Assembly: GCA_964634935.1 (NCBI GenBank)
Contig: CAZWJT010000002.1
Span: forward strand, 74,643 to 138,642
DNA from: an uncultured Planctomycetia bacterium
Lineage (GTDB): Bacteria > Omnitrophota > Gorgyraeia > Duberdicusellales > Duberdicusellaceae
Direction of reading: 5' to 3'
Length of the DNA: 64,000 nt
How positions within the stretch are numbered: position 1 is the stretch's first letter; the number at the start of each line of letters is the position of its first letter. A model generated the notes under the pieces. It was not told the origin of the DNA and made no database searches. It worked only from the letters and a program-made list of their open reading frames with translations. Made by a program: the position numbers and the translations under genes. Positions 16,107 to 24,238 of this stretch are shown here, one piece after another.

Positions 16107-19100
16107 TTGGGTATGGCAAATCAGATTATGGAGGTAGAAGAAGGTTATTTAATCAAGGAGTTACGTAAACTCCAGAGCAGAATACGTTCCTTAGGTGGAA
16201 GCGCTCTTCTGTCTCCATCCAGTCAGCCCTTCCAGCATCAGATTCATCTCCTTGAGCTCATTTCTTCGCTTTCCCGCCAATTTATTGCTCTTACTCCAGA
16301 GAAAATTACCCAAGGAATTAGTGAAACTATCCGGATTCTCGGAAATTTTTTTACCGTGGATCGAGTCGCGATATTCCGGATTTCGGAGAATGGATTGCAG
16401 CTTGATACAACACATGAATGGTGCATTTCTGGCGTTGAGAATTGTCCTGACATAAAGAAATCAACACCCCTGGACAATATCCGGTGGGTATTGAAAAAAC
16501 TCCATGAACATGACAATTTGCGCGTTACATCCATCGAGGAATTGCCGTCAGATACCAAACAAGAAAAAAGATGGTTTTCTGAGCGTTCTGTAAAATCTTC
16601 ACTCATTGTTCCAATTTTGTATATGGGAAAACTCATCGGTATGTGCGCTTTCGAGTCGGTGCACACTGAGCGTATTTGGAATAATGAAGAGCAGTCTCTC
16701 CTGAAAATCGCCTCAGAAGTTATCGCTGGAGCCCTTGCTTACCACGAGGATCAAATGCGGCTTGCTTTAAATGAGCGTTTCTTGGCTTCGGTTTTTGACA
16801 GTATTCAAGATGGAATATGCGTTCTTGATACCAACATGGTTATTATCCGCGTAAACCGGACCATGGAAATATGGTATGAGTCATTTCTGCCTTTAGTCGG
16901 CAGGAAATGTCATGAGGTTTACCATGGTTTTTCTACTCCGTGCGAAAATTGCCCAACGATGAAGGTGCTTGCTTCAGGAAATTCCGCCTGCGAGTTGGTT
17001 CCAAAGAGGGGAAAAGACAGAGAGATAATCGGATGGTTTGATCTTTATGCGTTTCCGCTTTTTAGCCCGAATTCGAGCAAGATAATTGGGGTTATTGAAT
17101 ATGTTCGGGATGCAACAGAGCGGATTGAAGCCCAGAATGCTGCGCGTGAGCGCGCAGAAACACTCCAGGGCATTCTCCGTGCTGCTCCCATGGGGATAGG
17201 TTTGGTGACATACGGGGAACGTAATTTGCAATGGATCAACGATCGGCTTTCAAAAATAGTAGGTTATTCTGAAGATGAACTCATCGGTAGAAATGCGAGT
17301 ATTCTTTACGAAAATACGGCAGAATTTGAGCGGGTAGGAAAGGTCAAATACGAGCTTTTGAAAAAAAATGGCATTGGAACCCTTGAAACACGCTGGAAAT
17401 GTAAAGATGGGACGATCAAGCAGATACTTTTAAGCTCGGCACCCATCGATACCCAGGATTATGCGAAAGGAATTATTTTTACCGCGCGTGATATTACTGA
17501 GCAGAAAGCTACTGAAGAAGCACTGAGAAATTCAGAGTTTCAATATCGGACTACTATTGATGCGCTTGGCGATCCAGTGCATGTTGTTGACAGGGGTCTT
17601 ACGGTATTGTTGACAAATTTTTCATTCCGCGCCTGGATGAATCGCTTAGGTTTTTCAACAAATATGATTGGGAAAAATATTTTTGATATTTTTCCATTCC
17701 TTCCTCAGGCAGTCCGCGAAGAATACCAGAGAGTTTTTGACACCGGGAATATCGAGATTACTGAAGAAACCAATGATGTCAAAGGGGCAAAAATCATTAC
17801 TGAAACCAGAAAAATTCCGATTTTTGATCACGGGGATGTTGTCCGCGTTATCACGGTTATTCGGGATATTACCCAGAGAAAAGAAGCGGAATCAGCGCGT
17901 CAGACACTCACCAGGGAGCTGAAGAAAACAAATGAACGATTACGGGCTCTCGCCTTACGTGATCCAGGAACAGGATTGTTCAATCATAGATACCTCGCTG
18001 AGGTGATCGAAGCAGAGTTTGATCGAGCGCGCCGTTCCGGGCATTCACTTTCAGTGATCATGCTTGATGTTGACTATTTCAAATCAATCAACGACATGTA
18101 TGGTCACCAGTTTGGCGATTTGGTCTTAAGGCAGCTCGCCGCGCAGTTAAAAAAGATGGTTCGTCGCTATGACATCGTAATTCGTTTTGGCGGGGAAGAA
18201 TTTCTAATTATTTCTCCCGGAACTGAGAAATCCACTGCCTTGACATTGGCTCATCGGCTCTTAGACGCAATTAATCTCTATAACTTTGGGAACAGCCGCC
18301 ATGCCGTGAAATTAAAGATCAGCATCGCTGTGGTTTCATATCCGGAAGATCGCATCGTCAAGGGCATAGGACTTATCGATTTAGCGGATAAAGTGTTGAA
18401 TAAAGCGAAAGAAGCAGGGGGTGATAGGGTTTATTCGGTGAATGATTTTTCCAAGAAGAGAAAAGCAGGGAGTTTGAGTAAAGAAAAAGATGATGTTGGG
18501 ATTTTGAAGAATAAACTCGAGAAGTTGACGCGGAAAACAAACCAGAGTTTAATTGAGTCAATATTTGCCTTTTCAAAAACAATTGAGTTAAAAGATCACT
18601 ATACCGGTGAACATGTTGAAAAAACAGTTTTCTATGCGACAGAAATTGCGCGAGTTCTTGGATTACAGAGAGATGAGGTTGAGCGGATTAAGCAGGCAGC
18701 GATACTGCATGATTTGGGAAAAATAGGGATCAGCGAGCGAATTTTGCTTAAAAAATCAAAACTAACGGCCAAGGAATTTTCCGAAATAACGCACCATCCG
18801 CAGATAGCCGCGGATATCCTGCGTCCTATACAATCGTTGCATGGTATCATCCCTTTTATTCTACATCATCATGAACGTTGGGATGGGAAGGGATATCCGG
18901 ATCGCCTGAAAGGAGAGGAGATTCCAATCGGCGCCCGCATTATTGCGATTGCGGACGTTTATCAAGCGCTTACTTCTGATCGGCCATACCGCAAGGCTTA
19001 TTCGGCATCAACGGCTCTTGAAATGATCAAGAAGGGATCGGGGAGTCAATTTGACCCAAAAGTTGTCGCGGCGTTTCTCGAAGTTCTCGATGACGACTAA
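16107..19100 (+). CDS. Multidomain c-di-GMP signalling protein: GAF - PAS/PAC x2-3 - GGDEF (GGEEF) - HD-GYP
   Basis: GGDEF domain around 17940-18430 (RYLAEVIEAEFDRARR...DYFKSINDMYGH...RFGGEEF). HD-GYP around 18540-19080 (HYTGEHVEK...ILHDLGKIGI...HHHERWDGKGYP). Confidence 0.85.
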   Translation: MGMANQIMEVEEGYLIKELRKLQSRIRSLGGSALLSPSSQPFQHQIHLLELISSLSRQFIALTPEKITQGISETIRILGNFFTVDRVAIFRISENGLQLDTTHEWCISGVENCPDIKKSTPLDNIRWVLKKLHEHDNLRVTSIEELPSDTKQEKRWFSERSVKSSLIVPILYMGKLIGMCAFESVHTERIWNNEEQSLLKIASEVIAGALAYHEDQMRLALNERFLASVFDSIQDGICVLDTNMVIIRVNRTMEIWYESFLPLVGRKCHEVYHGFSTPCENCPTMKVLASGNSACELVPKRGKDREIIGWFDLYAFPLFSPNSSKIIGVIEYVRDATERIEAQNAARERAETLQGILRAAPMGIGLVTYGERNLQWINDRLSKIVGYSEDELIGRNASILYENTAEFERVGKVKYELLKKNGIGTLETRWKCKDGTIKQILLSSAPIDTQDYAKGIIFTARDITEQKATEEALRNSEFQYRTTIDALGDPVHVVDRGLTVLLTNFSFRAWMNRLGFSTNMIGKNIFDIFPFLPQAVREEYQRVFDTGNIEITEETNDVKGAKIITETRKIPIFDHGDVVRVITVIRDITQRKEAESARQTLTRELKKTNERLRALALRDPGTGLFNHRYLAEVIEAEFDRARRSGHSLSVIMLDVDYFKSINDMYGHQFGDLVLRQLAAQLKKMVRRYDIVIRFGGEEFLIISPGTEKSTALTLAHRLLDAINLYNFGNSRHAVKLKISIAVVSYPEDRIVKGIGLIDLADKVLNKAKEAGGDRVYSVNDFSKKRKAGSLSKEKDDVGILKNKLEKLTRKTNQSLIESIFAFSKTIELKDHYTGEHVEKTVFYATEIARVLGLQRDEVERIKQAAILHDLGKIGISERILLKKSKLTAKEFSEITHHPQIAADILRPIQSLHGIIPFILHHHERWDGKGYPDRLKGEEIPIGARIIAIADVYQALTSDRPYRKAYSASTALEMIKKGSGSQFDPKVVAAFLEVLDDD

Positions 19101-19137
19101 CAGTCGGATCATACTCTGACATTCGAAAACAACTTCA

Positions 19138-19467
19138 GTGAAAACAATTATTTTGCTTTTCTGTTCAAATATCTTCATGACCATTGCCTGGTATGGGCAT
19201 CTGAAGTTTAAATCATCACCACTTTGGAAAGTTATCCTTATCAGCTGGTTCATAGCATTTGTAGAGTACTGCTTTCAAGTGCCAGCCAATCGTATTGGCC
19301 ACTATCAGTTTTCTGCCGCACAACTGAAAGTTACCCAGGAAGTAATTACTCTGATTGTCTTCGCGTTCTTTTCTGTGCTCTATCTGCGTGAGGAACTGCA
19401 CTGGAATTATTTTTTTGCTTTTCTTTGTTTGATTGGAGCTGTATTTTTCATGTTCTCCCGGGTTTAA
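19138..19467 (+). CDS. DUF486-like small membrane protein (DMT superfamily-like, ~109 aa)
   Basis: Three or four TM helices with no soluble domain. The size and pattern are typical of the DUF486 family. Confidence 0.45.
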   Translation: MKTIILLFCSNIFMTIAWYGHLKFKSSPLWKVILISWFIAFVEYCFQVPANRIGHYQFSAAQLKVTQEVITLIVFAFFSVLYLREELHWNYFFAFLCLIGAVFFMFSRV

Positions 19468-19483
19468 AATGGCTAAAAAATAG

Positions 19484-19511
19484 TTGACAAGAGAATGTTC
19501 GGTTATATAAT
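19484..19511 (+). promoter_or_regulatory. Near-consensus sigma70-type promoter (TTGACA - 16 nt - TATAAT)
   Basis: TTGACA at 19484-19489 and TATAAT at 19506-19511, about 45 nt upstream of the DUF2934 gene. Confidence 0.4.
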
Positions 19512-19557
19512 CGGAACATATTTAACGGATAAAAGTGTAGATTGGTAAAGGAGAGAA

Positions 19558-19737
19558 ATGATACAAAGGAAAAAACCGTCGAAAACCGTAAAGCAAAGAA
19601 AATATGTGACTGCTGAACTCGATATGATACAGACACGGGCATATTACATTTGGGAGCAAAACGGTTGCCCGGAAAACTCAGCGCTGGAAAATTGGATTCA
19701 GGCAGAACAAGAGCTTCTCAAGGAAGGCCGTTTATAA
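19558..19737 (+). CDS. DUF2934 family small protein (59 aa)
   Basis: QTRAYYIWEQNGCPENSALENWIQAEQELL matches the DUF2934 signature. RBS AAAGGAGAG. Missed by the ORF track (<60 aa). Confidence 0.55.
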   Translation: MIQRKKPSKTVKQRKYVTAELDMIQTRAYYIWEQNGCPENSALENWIQAEQELLKEGRL

Positions 19738-19759
19738 ACTGATAAAGGGGAGTTAAAAC

Positions 19760-19960
19760 ATGGGACCAAAAAACATTGTTTGCCCGCTCTGTGGGAGCAA
19801 CTTTGAAGTTGAGGAGCATTTGGAAGAAGGGGAAATAACCGTTTGTCCTGATTGTTATGCTGATCTTGAAGTCGTCAGTATGCATCCGTTCCGGGTGGAA
19901 CCTACCAACGCGACCTCAGATCAGGACGATACGCCGGATGAGAACGATGATGAGTTTTAA
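19760..19960 (+). CDS. LysW-like zinc-ribbon acidic carrier-type protein (66 aa)
   Basis: CPLCGSNFEVEE...GEITVCPDCYADLEVV...P.RVEP, then an acidic tail ...DDTPDENDDEF. Alignable to the LysW/ArgW amino-group carrier proteins, which have a CPxCG...CxxCGAELEVV zinc ribbon and an acidic C-terminus. Confidence 0.55.
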   Translation: MGPKNIVCPLCGSNFEVEEHLEEGEITVCPDCYADLEVVSMHPFRVEPTNATSDQDDTPDENDDEF

Positions 19961-19979
19961 TATAACAAAAGGAGGGGCT

Positions 19980-20480
19980 ATGCGCACAGGTCGTTTTTTG
20001 CAAGCAGGGTTTTTGAGTGTTTTGCTGAGTGTGATTTTTTTGAGTTCGGGATACGCCCAGGAAACAGACAATGTTCCCGCGCCGGAAGCAATCACGGGAG
20101 CCGAAACGAGTGCCCCATCAGCGAGCACAGAAGGAGCAGTCGCATCTGAATCCGATGTACCGGCCGCTACTGTGGAACCGGAATTGACAGCAAATCAAGA
20201 AATGGTTAAGGGCGCAGTTGAACAGATTGCAGAAGATGGAAGTTTTATTATCGTTAATGGACAGAAAATTAGTACGACGCAGAAGTTTCTCGAAGACTCA
20301 TATCTTGAAGTTGGCGATAAGGTGATGATTGTAGCCGAAAAAAATGATTCTGGCCTGACGATTAAAAGTTATAACTATATTTTTGACGAAGATGTTGATG
20401 CTGAAGCATTGCCGGATGAGGTATCGGGTGGAGAAGGTCAACCAACCCCTTCGCAGCCCGTGACTCCACAAGGCGAATAA
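19980..20480 (+). CDS. Secreted hypothetical protein (signal peptide, acidic, Pro/Ser/Thr-rich termini)
   Basis: RBS AGGAGGGG, then MRTGRFLQAGFLSVLLSVIFLSSGYAQE. No known domain. Confidence 0.45.
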   Translation: MRTGRFLQAGFLSVLLSVIFLSSGYAQETDNVPAPEAITGAETSAPSASTEGAVASESDVPAATVEPELTANQEMVKGAVEQIAEDGSFIIVNGQKISTTQKFLEDSYLEVGDKVMIVAEKNDSGLTIKSYNYIFDEDVDAEALPDEVSGGEGQPTPSQPVTPQGE

Positions 20481-20497
20481 AGATCGATTGCATTTCG

Positions 20498-20536
20498 AGC
20501 CCCTCTTGAATTTTTCCATCAAGAGGGGCTTTTTTG
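20498..20536 (+). terminator. Rho-independent terminator (gagcccctcttga ... tcaagaggggct + TTTTTT)
   Basis: 13-bp perfect inverted repeat followed by a T-run, immediately after the secreted-protein gene. Confidence 0.65.
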
Positions 20537-20545
20537 TGAATAGAC

Positions 20546-21598
20546 ATGCCGTATGAAGATATGATGGATAAGAAAAATAGAAGGGTTCGCAGTATCGGAA
20601 TTGTTTTTAATTTGAAACGATCTCGCTCTATCCAAGGAGATGCCGAAGAAGAATATGATGAGTTAGCGACGATTGATGCCATTGAAAGCTGTCTTCGAGA
20701 GCTTGGATTCTCTGTCCGGCGCATTGAGTACAATAGGGATTTTGCGCAGAAAATCCAGAAAGCAAATATCGATTTCGTGTTGAATATTGCTGAAGGTCAG
20801 GGGAGTGATCGCGGACGAGAATCGCAAGTTCCCTGTATCCTTGAAAGTTTTGGCATTCCTTATTCAGGATCTGATCCAGTAGCTCTAGGGTTGACTTTGG
20901 ATAAATATCTTACTTCTTGTTTTTTGCGATTGCATGGAATACCGGTTCCTCAGATGCATCAAATACGATCTTTGGAGGATCTACGAGGAGGTTTTTCATG
21001 GTTTGTTCCGCGGCGTTCATATATTATCAAACCGCGCTGGGAGGGTTCATCAAAAGGAATTTTGCAGAAATCACTTGTCCATACGTTGGCCAAGTTGAAA
21101 CAGATGGCATCGTGGATTCTTTCTACATATCGCCAGCCAGCGGTTGTCGAAGAATTTCTTCCGGGAGATGAAATCACCGCCTCGGTCGCCGGAAATAAAA
21201 AACCATTTTGTTTGGGGATGATGCGGATTCGACCCCGTTCTTGCAGTCAGAAGCCATTTCTCTATTCCTTGGAAGTGAAACGCGACTGGCGTAATCAGGT
21301 TACCTATGAAGCGCCAAGCTGTATTTCTTTTGGGGTCCGCTCCGCTATCGAGCGTACGGCTTGTCAGGCTTTTTCCGTGCTTGAACTGCGCGATATCGCT
21401 CGATTTGATTTTCGTCTTTCTGCGCGCAAGATTCCTAAAATTATCGACATCAATCCGCTGCCAGGTCTTTCGCCCGTCTACAGTGATTTGCCAATATTAT
21501 TCAATCTGAACGGGGGGGATTATCGGAAATTAATTAAGCTCATTTTAAAAAGCGCTTTTGCCCGCTACCAGATACCGTGGGAGAATTTTTCTTCTTAA
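20546..21598 (+). CDS. ATP-grasp ligase, D-alanine--D-alanine ligase-like family
   Basis: Ddl-type pre-ATP-grasp N-terminus and blocks KPRWEGSSKGI, EEFLPGDEIT, RFDFRL and IDINPLPGLS, which resemble the Ddl EGSSVG / RVDF / EVNTxPG blocks. Confidence 0.65.
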   Translation: MPYEDMMDKKNRRVRSIGIVFNLKRSRSIQGDAEEEYDELATIDAIESCLRELGFSVRRIEYNRDFAQKIQKANIDFVLNIAEGQGSDRGRESQVPCILESFGIPYSGSDPVALGLTLDKYLTSCFLRLHGIPVPQMHQIRSLEDLRGGFSWFVPRRSYIIKPRWEGSSKGILQKSLVHTLAKLKQMASWILSTYRQPAVVEEFLPGDEITASVAGNKKPFCLGMMRIRPRSCSQKPFLYSLEVKRDWRNQVTYEAPSCISFGVRSAIERTACQAFSVLELRDIARFDFRLSARKIPKIIDINPLPGLSPVYSDLPILFNLNGGDYRKLIKLILKSAFARYQIPWENFSS

Positions 21599-21739
21599 TG
21601 CTGATTTGAGAACCGCTTCATCTACGCTTCAAGAAGAATAAATGTTTTTAGAATTTTCAATTCATAACCCTTTCTACTCCAATACGTTACTGCATATTTT
21701 TTTGTTGTTTTTTGTTGTGCCCATTGTATCATAATAGCT

Positions 21740-22753
21740 ATGTCTTTAAACCCAGAAACGATCGTCATTGCGGTTGATGGTGAAGTAACAAAACGTCAAG
21801 ATATTTGTGACGCTATCCGTTGCAGTGAATCAATCGGTAAGGTTTTTACTGAGCAGGGATTTAAGGTCAATAATTTTTACCTTACCAAGAAAGATTTCAG
21901 CGCGAAAGATAAGTTATTGCGTCGCTTGAAAGCGTGCAAACCCCTTTGTGTGTTTAACTTATTTGAAGGTTTCAGCGATGAAAGCTCCAAGGAAGCAGAA
22001 TTTGCTGAATTTCTCGAAAAAACAGGATTTCTTTTTACCGGTAACTCCGCCCTGGCTTTAGCGTTGAGCCTTGATAAATCAAAGATCAAGCAGGTTTTTC
22101 GTAGACACCATATTCTAGTGCCACGCGGTATTACGGTAAAACGGCTGAAAGATATCAATTGCCAAAAGTTGCGGTTCCCTGTTTTTATTAAACCTTCTCT
22201 TGAGGATGCGAGTATTGGCATTGATGAAGATTCCTTGGTTGCTCGTCCGGAGGAGCTTGTGAGGCGTGTGCAGGGAAAATTACAACAATTTCCAGCCGGA
22301 CTCATTATTGAAGAATTCATTGCCGGCAAAGAATATAGTCTTGGTTTTTTGGGAAATTTTTCTGACGCAGAATTGTTGGCAATTTCAGTGATTGATTATC
22401 GCCAGTACCATGATTTTCTTCCTTTTCTAACGTATCAGGCAAAATGGGACCAGTATTCACGAGAATTTTCAATGGTTACCCCAGAGATCTGCGAAAAACT
22501 GCCGACGCAGCTTGAAAATCGTCTCCGTCAATTAGCTTTGAAGGCTGCGCGGATCGCAAAATGCAGAAGCTATTTTCGGATTGATTTGCGTGAACAGGGG
22601 GGCAATCTTTTTATCCTCGATATTAATCCGAACCCCGACATTAACACAAACAGCGGATTCATGAAGCAAGCGTACTATAAAGGTTATACCTACAGTGAAG
22701 TGGTGGGAAAAATTCTTACCTACGCTCTTCTCAACCGCGCCAAAAAAATATAG
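21740..22753 (+). CDS. ATP-grasp ligase, Ddl-like (tandem paralog)
   Basis: IKPSLEDASIGI, IIEEFIAGKEYS, FRIDLRE and ILDINPNPD follow the same block order as the upstream ATP-grasp gene. Confidence 0.65.
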   Translation: MSLNPETIVIAVDGEVTKRQDICDAIRCSESIGKVFTEQGFKVNNFYLTKKDFSAKDKLLRRLKACKPLCVFNLFEGFSDESSKEAEFAEFLEKTGFLFTGNSALALALSLDKSKIKQVFRRHHILVPRGITVKRLKDINCQKLRFPVFIKPSLEDASIGIDEDSLVARPEELVRRVQGKLQQFPAGLIIEEFIAGKEYSLGFLGNFSDAELLAISVIDYRQYHDFLPFLTYQAKWDQYSREFSMVTPEICEKLPTQLENRLRQLALKAARIAKCRSYFRIDLREQGGNLFILDINPNPDINTNSGFMKQAYYKGYTYSEVVGKILTYALLNRAKKI

Positions 22754-22817
22754 ACATCTATCCTATGTTTTAGCGGCAATAGCCCAGTCGCACGCAGTTC
22801 CGAAACACACAGAGACA

Positions 22818-23285
22818 ATGCTTGTAACGACCAAAAGCGATAGCGCATTATATTGTAAAATTGCAGAACAGACGGGAGTTTTTTCCGTTGAAGATCTGTT
22901 TGTCCTTGCAGGTGTTTTTGAGGATTATTTCCATAATCCGCAAACAACGTATCGGATGTTGGAAGAATATCGGAATGGAGCATTAGCTGGCTTTGTATTG
23001 TTTGGTCATACGCCGCTTACTCGGTCAACTTGGGATTTATATTGGCTCATTGTTGATAAGAAATTTCAAGGTTCAGGAATCGCAAGAATACTCTTGGGTA
23101 ATCTCGAAAAAAATATTCGTGTTCAAAATGAGGTTATCTTACGGGTTGAAACTTCTAATCATGCGAAATATGCTCCAGCGCGTTCATTCTACATGAATTC
23201 AGGGTTTACCCTGGCAGGAATTATTTCGCATTTTTATGCTCCGGGCGAAGATTTGATGATTTTTTCGAAGATAATAAAGGGATGA
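22818..23285 (+). CDS. GNAT family N-acetyltransferase
   Basis: LIVDKKFQGSGIARILL (acetyl-CoA binding motif A-like), about 160 aa. The start is uncertain: either 22695 (overlapping upstream) or 22818. Confidence 0.6.
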   Translation: MLVTTKSDSALYCKIAEQTGVFSVEDLFVLAGVFEDYFHNPQTTYRMLEEYRNGALAGFVLFGHTPLTRSTWDLYWLIVDKKFQGSGIARILLGNLEKNIRVQNEVILRVETSNHAKYAPARSFYMNSGFTLAGIISHFYAPGEDLMIFSKIIKG

Positions 23286-23311
23286 TCTCTGGCGGGTAAT
23301 CTGGTTTTGAC

Positions 23312-24238
23312 ATGGATGATAGATGGTATATTTTTTTTCGGAAAACATTCTTTTGGTTTTTTGTAATAATTTTTTTTACTGGAACACCCTATATTGTTTT
23401 TTATTCCTTAGGGTATCAGTTTGATCGGGATACTAAAAAGTTCATTCGGACAGGAGCACTTTCGATAAAAACCATTCCGAGGGGTGTGCGCGTAACTTTA
23501 AACGGTCAAACGATTCATGAGCTGGCGCCAACGAGTATTCGGAATTTACTGCCGCGTCACTATTCAGTCCTTTTGCAGAAAGAAGGGTTTTATTCATACA
23601 CAATTCCGGTACGGGTGCATTCATCGAGAGTTTCGGAAATCGATGTTATTTTGATTCCTCAAGTACAGCCAGCGGAAAAACTCGAATTTCCTTTTCTGGT
23701 GAATCGATTCTTTGTTCTTCCTTCTGTATTTTCTGAAAAGCTGATCGCTTTTACTGACAATGGAATTTATCGGATTGAAGATGGCCTCCGGAACTTTCGG
23801 AAGATTTCTTCGTGTACCTTTGATCCTGTGACTGCTTTTTCATTTCGTGGTCTCCTTGAATCTGATGGTTCTTATATTTTTTGGAATTCCGGAAAGATCT
23901 GGGAGATCTATTCCGAAAAAGCACCTCGTGAAGAAGAGTATGCGGTACATGAAATTTACCAGGCTGATGAGAGCATCCAAGAAGCATTCTTGGCTCTCAA
24001 GGGGCGTTATCTTGTTATTCACGATGGCCTGAAGGTGGTTGCCCTTGATCGGAAAAATTTAGCCTTATCTTTACCAATTATTGAGCTTAAGAGTCTCAAC
24101 GCAAAAATTTTCTATAGTCTTCGTTCCGAAACCTTGTTTGTGAAAGATAAGCTTAATACTCAGGGCCAATTGAGTCTTTTCCGGATAGATTTTTCGTCGC
24201 ATCTGAAGAGGCACAACGAAAATGCAAAGAATTTTTGA
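23312..24238 (+). CDS. PEGA domain-containing membrane protein
   Basis: N-terminal TM, then IPRGVRVTLNGQ...LLPRHYSVLLQKEGF (PEGA-like beta-sandwich motif). Overlaps the downstream GT2 gene by 17 nt. Confidence 0.6.
   Translation: MDDRWYIFFRKTFFWFFVIIFFTGTPYIVFYSLGYQFDRDTKKFIRTGALSIKTIPRGVRVTLNGQTIHELAPTSIRNLLPRHYSVLLQKEGFYSYTIPVRVHSSRVSEIDVILIPQVQPAEKLEFPFLVNRFFVLPSVFSEKLIAFTDNGIYRIEDGLRNFRKISSCTFDPVTAFSFRGLLESDGSYIFWNSGKIWEIYSEKAPREEEYAVHEIYQADESIQEAFLALKGRYLVIHDGLKVVALDRKNLALSLPIIELKSLNAKIFYSLRSETLFVKDKLNTQGQLSLFRIDFSSHLKRHNENAKNF

Noticed and set aside
16244-16666. 140-aa ORF on the minus strand
   Set aside because: Antisense inside the GAF domain region of the GGDEF/HD-GYP gene. No RBS or domain.
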